Shown: positions 18,972 to 28,559 of the stretch, piece by piece
Position numbering within the stretch: position 1 is the stretch's first letter
Layout: every line of letters starts with the position of its first letter
Assembly (NCBI GenBank): GCA_963726745.1
Contig: CAVSDR010000003.1
Span: 768,001 to 832,000 of the forward strand
DNA length: 64,000 nt
From: an uncultured Verrucomicrobiae bacterium
GTDB lineage: Bacteria > Verrucomicrobiota > Verrucomicrobiia > Chthoniobacterales > UBA10450
Direction: 5' to 3'
Notes under the pieces: model-generated
Database searches by the model: none
Told to the model about the DNA's origin: nothing
The model's input: the letters and a program-made list of their open reading frames with translations, nothing else
Translations under genes and position numbers: made by a program

Positions 18972-20076
18972 TCAAAAACGCAGCGGCCGCACGAAAAGCA
19001 CCCAGCCCGCGCGCAGCAGGTGCACCACCGCGGAGACCGCTTCCCACCAGGCGATCACGACGAACGCCGTTCCCGGCGCGCCGAAGAGCAGCCCGACGGT
19101 CAGGATCCAGATGTAAATGTTCCGGCGACCGCCGAACAATCGGATCTTCCGGTCGAGCGGCGTGAGTTCATCGATCAAGCGCCCGTAGCGCCGGATCACG
19201 CTCAGCTTCGCGATGCCATCCAGCCCTTCGCTCACGAGAAGCAAGAGGAGATACCACCAGGCCGCCGGCAAAATCTCTGCGCGCCAAAGGTGAAAGGCCA
19301 GCGCCACCGCCCAGGCGAGCTCGTAGAAAGTATCGAACCAATGCTCGAGCTTCCCGGCTTCCGAGGTCTCCACTTTGACCCGCGCCTGCTTGCCATCGAG
19401 CCCGTCGAGCACGCCCACTGCGAGCGCACACAAAGTGCCGGCTAATAACTGGCCGGTCGCGAAGAGCAGCGCCGCGGCCCAGGCGACGACGTTGCAGAGC
19501 GCGGTCAGTTGATTCGGGGTGATCGACGTCCGGCAAAGCCGCGCGACCAGCGCGGTCTCGATCGGTCCGTGCACGATCGCGGGTAAATCCTGCGAGCCTT
19601 TCTGCGCGGCGTCGAGGATCCGCGCCTCGTCCGCGCGGGTCGGCTGCGGGACCCAAAGCAGCGGCAGGTCGCGGCGCATGTGCAGTGAATAGGTCGGCAA
19701 CTCCGCGATCTCGAGCGTGCGCGGATCGTCCCCGCTGATGAACGCGCCGGTTGGCTGCCCATCTTTGACGAGCACGCACGGCTCCGTCTGCGCGAGGAGT
19801 AATCGGAGCAGCCGCGCATCCCAAAGCGCATCGCCGGGCAGGACCAGCATCCGCTCGTTAGGCGGCGGCAAAGCCTCCCGCACGGTGACCGCGAGCTCGC
19901 TCCGGTGCGCCGATGGCCGGAGCGCCGCGGCCGCCATCTCGCTGTCTCTTTTCGTGATCACGGTCGCCGTGCGCACGCCCTCGCGCGGGAGCATCCGCAG
20001 GAGGCGCTCGAGCACCGTGATCCCACAGAGCTGCGGTGAGCGCGCCCGGCTTTTCCGCCAAAATGACTACCTGCAT
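18972..20076 (-). CDS. CDP-alcohol phosphotransferase with N-terminal degenerate nucleotidyltransferase-like region (frameshift near 20035)
   Basis: ITPNQLT and LDGLDGKQAR motifs; upstream MQVVILAEKPGALT joins QLCGITVLERLLRML across a frame change. Confidence 0.8.
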
Positions 20077-20128
20077 GGGTCGATCAAAATTGCTTCGCGC
20101 GCCTTCCGGTGTTACGCCAGTAACCCCG

Positions 20129-21091
20129 ATGCCGACCGCCGAACTCAGTGCGCCGCCCGTGCGGCCAGCCGCCGCGGAGGAAGTGAATGTGCCCGGGATG
20201 TCGTTTCGGCTGCGATACAGCCCGTTGCTAGCACAGATGGTGATCGTGCGCCGCTGCAATCTCGCCTGCGCCTACTGCACCGAGTTCGATAAAACCAGCG
20301 AGCCGGTCCCCTACGCCACGCTCGAGGCGCAGCTCGTGCGCCTGCGGAATCTCGGCACCTTCGGGATGTCGCTCACCGGCGGTGAACCGACGCTGCATCC
20401 CGATCTGCCGCGGCTCGTCCGGCGTTGCCGCGAGCTCGGATTTTTCCGCACCGGGATGATCACCAACGGCTTCTTCCTGAAGCAGGAGTTGATCGAGAAA
20501 CTGAACGATGCCGGCCTGCAGGAGATGCAAATCTCGATCGATGGCGTGAAGGGCAACGACACGACCCAGAAGGTGCTGGATAACTTGCGCAAGCGGCTCA
20601 TCGCCCTGCGCGACCATGCCAAATTCAACGTCACCGTCAGCGGCGTGATCGGCGCCTGCCCGCCGGAGGAAGCCGAGGAAGTGGTGCAATTTGCCACCGA
20701 GATGGGCTTCACTCCACGCGTCCTCCTGGTGCACGACAGCCATGGGCAATCGAAGCTGAGCGAACGTGAGCTGCAGGTTTACGAGCGCATCGTGAAGCAA
20801 CTCCCGAAGAGCTGGATGGATTTCTCCGGTTACCGGAAGCGCCTGGTGAAGGATGGCGTCGCGCCCTTCAAATGCCGCAGTGGCGCGCGCTATCTCTACG
20901 TGGATGAATTCGGCCGGGTCAACTGGTGCGCGCAAACCCGCGACGTCTGGTCGAAGCCGCTCCTGCAATACACCCAGGCCGATCTGCGGGAGCAATTCCA
21001 CACCCCGAAGTCGTGCAATCCCACCTGCACCATCGGCTGCTCCCGCTCCGCCAGCCAGATCGACAAGTGGCGCGCACAGGCGTTGCCCTAA
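20129..21091 (+). CDS. Radical SAM protein with Cys-rich C-terminal (SPASM/twitch-like) region
   Basis: CNLACAYC; LTGGEPTLHPD; ITNGF; QISIDG; C-terminal CRSG...WC...CNPTCTIGC. Confidence 0.9.
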   Translation: MPTAELSAPPVRPAAAEEVNVPGMSFRLRYSPLLAQMVIVRRCNLACAYCTEFDKTSEPVPYATLEAQLVRLRNLGTFGMSLTGGEPTLHPDLPRLVRRCRELGFFRTGMITNGFFLKQELIEKLNDAGLQEMQISIDGVKGNDTTQKVLDNLRKRLIALRDHAKFNVTVSGVIGACPPEEAEEVVQFATEMGFTPRVLLVHDSHGQSKLSERELQVYERIVKQLPKSWMDFSGYRKRLVKDGVAPFKCRSGARYLYVDEFGRVNWCAQTRDVWSKPLLQYTQADLREQFHTPKSCNPTCTIGCSRSASQIDKWRAQALP

Positions 21092-21109
21092 CGAGTCCAG
21101 CCGCCGCCC

Positions 21110-21826
21110 ATGCCTGAGGACATCTGGCTGAGCTGCCGCGGGCTCGAGCGTTACCTCGGCGAGGAAGACTCGCGGGTGCACGCGCTCCGCGGCGTCTCGT
21201 TAGACCTCGAACCGGGGAGCGTGCACGCGATCGTCGGCCCCTCTGGCTGCGGCAAGAGCACGCTGCTTTACATCCTCGGCCTGCTTGACCGGCCGGATGC
21301 CGGCACGCTCACGATCGATCACCAGCTCGTCTCCGGCCTGCCAGACGACGCCCTGAGCACGAAGCGCAACGAGCTCCTCGGCTTCATCTTTCAATTCCAT
21401 TTCCTCCTCGAAGATTTCACCGCCGAGGAAAACATCATGATCCCGATGCGCCGCCTCGGCCGCGCGAGCGAGGAGGAAATGCGCGAGCGCGCCGGCGTGC
21501 TCCTCGACGCCGTCGGCTTGAAAGCCAAACGCGCGCGGCCCAGCCGGCATCTTTCCGGCGGCGAACAGCAGCGCGTCGCGATCGCGCGCGCCTTGGCCAA
21601 CGATCCGAAAGTGATTTTAGCCGACGAGCCGACGGGAAATTTAGACAGCGCCAACTCGCAGCGCGCCTTCGAGCTCCTGCAAAAGATCGTGCAGGAAGGC
21701 AACAAGGCGCTCCTGCTCGTGACTCACAATCCGGCGATCGCGGAGCTCTGCGATTGGATCCACGAAATGCAGGACGGCGTGATCATCGGCAGCCATCCGC
21801 GCGGCGGCGCCACCCGGCCGACATGA
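21110..21826 (+). CDS. ABC transporter ATP-binding protein (LolD/MacB-like)
   Basis: GPSGCGKST, LSGGEQQRVAIARAL, ILADEPTGNLD, VTHN. Confidence 0.93.
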   Translation: MPEDIWLSCRGLERYLGEEDSRVHALRGVSLDLEPGSVHAIVGPSGCGKSTLLYILGLLDRPDAGTLTIDHQLVSGLPDDALSTKRNELLGFIFQFHFLLEDFTAEENIMIPMRRLGRASEEEMRERAGVLLDAVGLKAKRARPSRHLSGGEQQRVAIARALANDPKVILADEPTGNLDSANSQRAFELLQKIVQEGNKALLLVTHNPAIAELCDWIHEMQDGVIIGSHPRGGATRPT

Positions 21827-23304
21827 GCAGCGAAGCCGCGGAGCTGAAGCGCGGCGCGCTCGTCAACACCGTCGCGCTTCTCGCCTCGAATTTCGCGGCC
21901 TCTTCACCTTCCTGGTGGCGCGGATTCTCGGGCCGGCGGCGCTCGGCACCTTCCTCGTCGCCTGGAACGCGGTCGAGGTCCTGAGCAAGCTCAGCCTCTT
22001 CGGCCTCGAGAACACCACCATCGCTTTCATCGCCCGCGCCGAGGCCGCGGGCGATCGCGCGCGCAGCCGCGCGCTCTCGCTCCTGGTGCTCGCGCTCGCG
22101 CTCGGGCAAAGCCTGCTCGTGGCCGGGGTCGCGCTTCTGGTCCTCCAGCTTTTCGGCCGGCGCTGGGGCTTCGATCCGCGCCTGGTGAGCTCGCTGACTA
22201 TCCTCCTGTGCGCGCTCCCGGGGATGTCGCTCTACGCGATCAACACCGCGGTCTCGCGCGGCCGCAAGGTCATGCGGCACGACATTTTTTCCCGCGGCCT
22301 GACCGAGTCGACCGTGACCACCGGCGTCTTCCTCCTCGCGCTCGCGCTCGGCGCGCACACTTTCGGCGCGGCCTACGCCGCGGTTGCCGGTGCGACGGCT
22401 TCAGGCGTTGGTCGCGCTCCTGCTCGCGCGCTCGTTATTTAGCCGGCAAGATGGCGCGGCCCGGTTTCGGCGCCGCGCGCCGAAGCCCGGCGCCTCCTCT
22501 CCTACTCCGCGCACATCAGCATCTACGAACTGCTCAATGCGCTCATCGTGCGCATGGACGTGATGCTGCTGGCGGCGTTTCGTCGGCCGCGCGCCGGGCG
22601 TGACTTTGCCGGTCGTTGGGATCTACGCCGCGGTCGTCGAGATCGCGGGCGGGCTGCGAAAAGTCCATCAATCATTCAATCCCATCTTCGCGCCGGTGAT
22701 CGCGGGCTTGACCGCGGAAGGCGCGATCGACCGGGCGGCGGCCGCCTTTGCGCGGGTCGCGCAATGGATGCTCTGGGTCCTCGTGCCGCTGCTCGCGGTG
22801 ATGATTTTTGCCGGCGGCCTTATCCTCAGCATCTACGGCCCGGAGTTTCGCATCGGGAGCACGTGGCTGATGGTCGTCGCGCTGGCTTGCGGGACAAACG
22901 CCTTCGTTGGCCTGGCCGAGACCGTGATCATGGTCCAGCAGCCGCGGCTGAATGTGATCAACTCCGCGGTCACCTGCGTGGTCGCCTTCATCGCGAATCT
23001 TTTCCTCATCCGCGCCTTCGGCGTCATGGGCGCGGCCTTCGGCATTCTCCTGCCCTACCTTCTCCTCGGCGGGCTGCGCTACCGCGCGCTCCATCGCATT
23101 TTCCGCTGGCGCCAGCCCTGGGCCGGGCTGGGCGCGCCGTTTTTCTGGGGAGCGGTCGCGTTCCTCCCGGCGCTCGCGAGCCGCGCACTTCTCCGCGGCG
23201 TCCCGGGAGAAATTGCCAGCACGCTCACCTTCCTGGTGGTCTACTTTTTCGCCTGGCGCCGCCATCGCGCCCGCCAGCCGCGCGCAGCCAGCAAACTTCC
23301 CTAA
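21823..23304 (+). CDS. Wzx/MurJ-like (MOP superfamily) flippase, several frameshifts (near 21895, 22410, 22580)
   Basis: ARILGPAALGTF; RMDVMLL; VGIYAAVVEIA; NLFLIRAFGVMGAA; many TM segments over three frames. Confidence 0.75.
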
Positions 23305-24188
23305 CGAGCCGCGAAAACTTTCCAGTCGCCGGCGAAATGACGGATCACCTCGTTGTTGTTGTTTTGCCGGCCATCCGGCACGTCGGCCAGGGTCATCGTC
23401 CGCCGCTGGGCGCGGACGCTCCGCATGTGCCCGGAGCCGGGCACGACGAATTTCTCCACCCCGCGGCGATCGAGACAACCGCTCACCCAGATGTCGTCCA
23501 TGAAAAAGGCGGCCGGGGGCGCCGCGCGGTAATCCCACAGCGAAGCATCGAAGAAGCGCGGCTTCAGCAGATAACTGCCGCAACCGGTGATCACCGCCAT
23601 CGGCCGCGGTTCGCGGATGCAATTGGCCCGTGTCATCCGCGAGTCCCGCCAGTCCAGGTTCCGCGGCATGGTCGCGCCGCGAAAACAGAGCGCCGCCTCC
23701 GGCAGGAGACGCTCGAAGTGGGCATAAGTTTCAAGCGCGTCGCGCGGATACACCCGATCGTCGTCCACCACCATGATGAGCGTGTCGCCGCGTCCCGCCG
23801 CGAGCTCGCGCTGGATCGCCGGGATAAACTTCGTCGCCGGGCCCCAATCGCGCCCGCAGCGCAAAACGTGCAGCTGCGGGATCGCACGCAAAAATTCCGG
23901 CAGCTCGTAGCCGCGCTGCTGCCGCTGGGAGAAGTCCGGCAGCGCGAGCACGATCTCATCCGGCGGCCGCGTTTGCGCGAGCAGACAGCGCAGGGTCGGC
24001 TCGAGCTGCGCGATCCGGTCCGGCAAAGTCGAGAGCGAGACGATGACTCGACGATCGTCCGGCGCGCCTGCGTGGGCGCCGAGCAGGCCGCGGAGGAAGC
24101 TCCGCTGTTGTTGCCCTTTCCAGTGGAACCAAAGCAGCGGGCCGAGCAGACCCGCGAGCGCGCCGGTGAAGATTATTCGGGGCCGCAT
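23301..24188 (-). CDS. GT-A fold glycosyltransferase with N-terminal membrane anchor
   Basis: Start revised to MRPRIIF; VIVSLSTLPDRI, DWGPATKF, VDDDRVY, FMDDIWVSG. Confidence 0.7.
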   Translation of the reverse strand: MRPRIIFTGALAGLLGPLLWFHWKGQQQRSFLRGLLGAHAGAPDDRRVIVSLSTLPDRIAQLEPTLRCLLAQTRPPDEIVLALPDFSQRQQRGYELPEFLRAIPQLHVLRCGRDWGPATKFIPAIQRELAAGRGDTLIMVVDDDRVYPRDALETYAHFERLLPEAALCFRGATMPRNLDWRDSRMTRANCIREPRPMAVITGCGSYLLKPRFFDASLWDYRAAPPAAFFMDDIWVSGCLDRRGVEKFVVPGSGHMRSVRAQRRTMTLADVPDGRQNNNNEVIRHFAGDWKVFAAR

Positions 24189-24270
24189 CGCGTACCTCGT
24201 TGCATCCCGCCGTTCGCATGATTTCCTCTGGCCATCGGCGCGCGCCAAGATGCCGCGCAAAATCGTTTTC

Positions 24271-25074
24271 ATGAAGAAAATCTTTCTCACCGGCGCCAGC
24301 TCCGGCATCGGGCGCGCCACTGCGGAGCTGCTCTGCGCGCAAGGCCACGAAGTCTGGGGGACTTCGCGCGAGCCGGCGCGGCTTCCGGCGCTGGCCCGCC
24401 TCCATCCGGTGCGTCTCGATTTAACCGAGCCCGCTTCGATCGCGGACGCGTGGGAGCGCGCGCGCGCGGAAGCCGGCGGCTTCGAGGTGGTGATCAACAA
24501 CGCCGGCGCCGGGCACTTCGATCCCGCGGCCACGCTTTCCGCGGAAACGCTCGCGCGGCAATTCCAGCTCCTGCTCTTCGGGCAGATCGAAATTAGCCAG
24601 CAAGCTCTGCGCGCCTGGCGCACCCAGCCGCGCGGTTTGTTGATCAATGTGACCTCGCTCGCGGCGCGCCTCCCGATGCCTTTCAGCGCAGCCTACAATG
24701 CGGCCAAAGCCGCCATGTCCGCCTACACCACCACGCTCCAGCTCGAGCTGGCCGGCTCCTCCGTGCGCGTGGTCGACCTGCAACCGGGCGACATCTCCAC
24801 GGATTTTAACGACCACCTCACGCGCGCTCCAGCGCTGGACGCGCAAGACGCGGCCGCGATGCAACGGGCCTGGGAAGTGATCCAGCGGACGATGCAAAAA
24901 GCGCCGCCGCCAGAGTTGGTCGCGCGGGAAATTGCGCGCCTTCTGGAACGGGCGCATCCGCCGGCACGCGTGACCGTGGGCGACCCTTTCCAGCGCACCT
25001 TCGCGCCCGCGATCTTTGCGCTCCTGCCTCCCACCTGGCGCATCTGGGCGCTGCGCCGGCACTACAAACTTTGA
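24271..25074 (+). CDS. Classical SDR oxidoreductase (candidate 3-keto-sphingoid reductase by context)
   Basis: TGASSGIG, NNAG, catalytic S...YNAAK, QPGDISTDF. Confidence 0.85.
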   Translation: MKKIFLTGASSGIGRATAELLCAQGHEVWGTSREPARLPALARLHPVRLDLTEPASIADAWERARAEAGGFEVVINNAGAGHFDPAATLSAETLARQFQLLLFGQIEISQQALRAWRTQPRGLLINVTSLAARLPMPFSAAYNAAKAAMSAYTTTLQLELAGSSVRVVDLQPGDISTDFNDHLTRAPALDAQDAAAMQRAWEVIQRTMQKAPPPELVAREIARLLERAHPPARVTVGDPFQRTFAPAIFALLPPTWRIWALRRHYKL

Positions 25075-25814
25075 GCTCGCCCGCACTCGCACCGACCGAC
25101 GCCGTCATCCTCATGGCCGGCGCCGGGTCGCGCCTGGGCCCGGCCAGCGGAGCCCTGGCCAAGCCGCTCGTCCCCATCGCCGGCCGGCCGTTGATCGCGC
25201 ACACCCTCGATCCTCTCGCCGCCCTCGGCGTGCGCACGCTGCACATCATCACCGGCGCGAATGGCTCGCAGCTCGCCCAGGAAATCGCGCGTCTGCTTCC
25301 GGAAAAGATGGCGCTGAACGCGATCGCGAATCCCGCGTGGGAAAAGCAGAACGGTGTCTCCGTGCTCTGCGCGCAGGGCGCGGTGCGGGCGCCATTTTTC
25401 CTCGCGATGGGCGATCACCTTTTCGACGCGGCCGTTTTCCATCGCCTCCTCCAAGGCGCCGAGCCGGCGCAGCTCAACCTTGCGATCGATCGCAAGGTCG
25501 CCGCCGTCTTCGACCTGGACGACGCCATGAAGGTGGTCACGCGCGACGAGCAGGTGGTCGAAATCGGCAAAACGCTGCCTGTTTATGATGCGATCGACAC
25601 CGGCCTTTTTCTTTGCCCCGATGAGTTGTTCGACTACCTGCGACGCGCGCAACGCGCGGGCGATTGCAGCCTGGCCGATGGCGTGCGCCTGATGGCGGCC
25701 GACCGGAAAGTGCGCGCGGTCGACATCGGTGCCGCCTGGTGGCAGGACGTGGACACGCCCGAGATGTATGCACAGGCCGAGGCGCACTTCCGCGTGCGTC
25801 AGAGCGCGCGCTGA
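25071..25814 (+). CDS. Nucleotidyltransferase (LicC/inositol-phosphate cytidylyltransferase-like)
   Basis: AVILMAGAGSRL...KPLVPIAG; QNGVSV; MGDHLF; DAMKV; IDTGLF; WQDVDTPE. Confidence 0.85.
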   Translation: MSSPALAPTDAVILMAGAGSRLGPASGALAKPLVPIAGRPLIAHTLDPLAALGVRTLHIITGANGSQLAQEIARLLPEKMALNAIANPAWEKQNGVSVLCAQGAVRAPFFLAMGDHLFDAAVFHRLLQGAEPAQLNLAIDRKVAAVFDLDDAMKVVTRDEQVVEIGKTLPVYDAIDTGLFLCPDELFDYLRRAQRAGDCSLADGVRLMAADRKVRAVDIGAAWWQDVDTPEMYAQAEAHFRVRQSAR

Positions 25815-26940
25815 AAGATCCGGTAGGTCTTGTAACGCTGCGCGCCGATCGCCTCGAGGAAGCGATTGATCAGCCGGTTGTTCTCCAGGGTCATGCTCAA
25901 CTCGCCGACCCACCCGCGCTTCACCATTCCCTCCTCGATCACCCGCAGCACGAGCGTTTCCGCGATCCCGAAGCGGCGAAACTTCGGCACCACGCCGAGC
26001 GCGACCAGGCGTCCGCGCTTCAGCCGGCTCTTGTGCCAGAGCAATTTAGCCAGCGGGATGGGCAGGCCATAACTCGTTAGGCGGCCGTTGATTTTTTGAA
26101 AGGCGGCGTTGATGTCGGGCACCGCGAGGATGAATCCGGCCGGCTCGCCGTTCACCTCCGCGACCAGCACCAGCTCCGGCATCGCCAGCGGCTTCAGCTC
26201 CTTCACCAGGTGATCGAACTCCGCTTCGGTGAAGGGGACGAAGCCCCAGTTCTTCTGCCAGGCCTGGTTGTAAACCGCGCGCAGCCCGGCGGCCTCGTCT
26301 TTGATCCGCGAAGATCGATCGGGCGAATCGTGACCTCGCTCTTGTCGCCGAAGCGCGTTGCGATCTTGCGCAGGCGCACCGCTGCTTCCGCGGGCTCGGC
26401 AAACCACCAGGCATACCAATCGATCGCCTTCTCGAAACCCGCGCGCTCGATCAGACCGCGGTAATACGGCGGATTGTGCGGCGTGAGCAGCGTCGGCGGA
26501 AACTCAAAGCCATCGATCAGGAGCGCGCAGACATAATTCGTCGAGTAATCGATCGGCCCCATGATCTCGCGGCGGCCGCGCGCGCGCAGCCAATCGCTCG
26601 CCGCCGCGAAGAGCGCGTCGGCTACCGCCTGGTCATCGATCGACTCAAACAAGCCGAAGCAGCCGACATTCGACCCGTGCTCGGCGTTGTAGTTCGGGTC
26701 GTCGCTCGCCATGATCCGGCCGACGATTTGGCCGCCGCGCCGCGCGAGAAAGAGCTCCGCAGCGCCATGCTCGTAGAAGGGATGCTTCGCGCGATCGAGA
26801 AAATCGCGCCGCTCCAGGATCAACGGCGGGACCCACGCCGGATCGCCGCGGTAGATCTGCCAAGGGAACTCGATGAAGACGTCGCGCTCGGCCTTGGACC
26901 GGACCGGAGTGATTTCGATCTGCGCCACGTCAGCGCCCAT
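25799..26940 (-). CDS. GNAT-fold YghO-like protein, bacterial ceramide synthase (bCerS) family candidate (frameshift near 26315)
   Basis: FIEFPWQIYRGDPAWVPPL, HPFYEH, GCFGLFE, GPIDYSTNY, HNPPYY, AWQKNWGFVPFT, PDIN, ELSMTLENN, YKTYRIF, recognised from memory of this family. Confidence 0.75.
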
Positions 26941-27020
26941 CTCGCTGGGCGACGGCACCGGCGCAAGGCGGAAATGCCTTTGCAGCCGCGCGCAAAACTG
27001 CGTAGTAGCACGGCCTTCCC

Positions 27021-27891
27021 ATGCCGCCGCAGGCCTCATCGACCAACGCGCCCGGGCTCGCTTTCCAAGCCCGCGAGATCGAGGAACTGGCGGACGTTTA
27101 TTTCTTCCGGCCGCTCGGCATCCTGATCGCGCGCCCCGCGGCGGCGCTCGGCTTGCACGCCGACACAGGTGACGTGGGCGAGCATGGTGATCGGGATCGC
27201 CGGCGGCACGTTGCTCTACCGGCCGCAGACTTACGGCCTGGCGGCTTTCGTTCTCTTGATCGTCTACAGCATCTTCGACTCGGCCGACGGCCAGCTCGCG
27301 CGCCTAACGAATCAAGCGAGCGAGTTTGGCCGCGTGCTCGACGGCGCGATCGGCTACGTGGTTTACACCGCGGTCTACCTCGCGCTCACCCTGGGGCTGC
27401 TGGAGCGCGGCGCGCCGCCGGCTATCGTGGTGGTGATGTTGCTGGCTGTTTTGTCGAACATCGCCCAGGCGCAGATGTACGAATACCACCGGCACCAATA
27501 CGTCATGGTCGTGGTCAAAGGCCGCGTCCTCCTGGACGACCCGGCGAAGGTCCACTCGCCGCTGGTCGCCTGGATTTACCAGCGCTATCTCGCGATGCAG
27601 CGCGCGCTCAATGGCCTCCATGTCGAGGTCGAGCGGACGCTCGCGGCGCGTGCGGAAAATGGCGTCGTCCCGGAGCGCGACCGCCTGCGCTATCGCCAGC
27701 ATTTCTACTGGCCGGTGCGCGGCTGGAATTTGCTCGGCGATAACACCCGCTTCTATGCCATCGGGGTGCTCGCGTGGTGCGGTCGGCTCGATCTCTTTTT
27801 CCTCGTCCTCCTTTTACCGCTTAACCTCGCGCTGGCCGTCCTCTGGTTTTGGCAACGCCGGGCCGACCGCGCTTTTCTCCGCGAGCCATGA
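27021..27891 (+). CDS. CDP-alcohol phosphotransferase (frameshift near 27160)
   Basis: EIEELADVYFFRPLG; FDSADGQLAR...GRVLDG; multiple TM segments. Confidence 0.82.
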
Positions 27892-28559
27892 TCCGGACGA
27901 TCTTCTTCGATCTTGGCGGCACGCTTGACGGCAGCGGCGGCCACTGGCTGGAGCGTTTTCTCCGGCTCTACCGCGCGGCTGGCTTGGAACTCCCACGCGA
28001 AACTATCCGCGGCGCCTTCGACTTTGCGGAACGCCGCGCGGCTACAGACGACGAGATCGCGTCGGCTAATTTTGCGCAGATGGTCGCGCTCCATGTGCGC
28101 TGGCAACTGGAACATCTCGGGTTGCCTAACGAATCGCTCGCGCAAACCCTGGTCGCAGGCTTTGTCGAGCCGGTGCGCCCGGCCGTCGCGGAAAACGTGC
28201 GCCTCCTGCGCGAGCTGCACACGCGCGGCTTCACCCTCGGCGTGATCTCGAATGGCTGCGGCAACGTCGCCGCGCTTTGCGAAGATTTTGGCTACGCGCC
28301 CTTTCTCGCGCTCACGCTCGACTCGCGCCGGCTCGGCCTTTCCAAACCCGATCCCGCGATCTACCGCCACGCCGTCGCGCAGCTCGGTGGAGAAACAGGC
28401 AGCATGCTCATGGTCGGCGATTCTCTCGAGCGCGACATCTTGCCGGCTAAATCCATCGGCCTGCAAACCGCGTGGCTCGACGACTCTGCCATGCCGAGCG
28501 ATCCCGCGGTCGACTTCCGCCTGCGCACACTCGCGGAATTGCCGGCGCTTTTACGATGA
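27888..28559 (+). CDS. HAD-superfamily hydrolase (phosphatase)
   Basis: FFDLGGTLD motif I, ISN motif II, KPDPAIY, MVGDSLERDI motif IV. Confidence 0.88.
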   Translation: MIRTIFFDLGGTLDGSGGHWLERFLRLYRAAGLELPRETIRGAFDFAERRAATDDEIASANFAQMVALHVRWQLEHLGLPNESLAQTLVAGFVEPVRPAVAENVRLLRELHTRGFTLGVISNGCGNVAALCEDFGYAPFLALTLDSRRLGLSKPDPAIYRHAVAQLGGETGSMLMVGDSLERDILPAKSIGLQTAWLDDSAMPSDPAVDFRLRTLAELPALLR

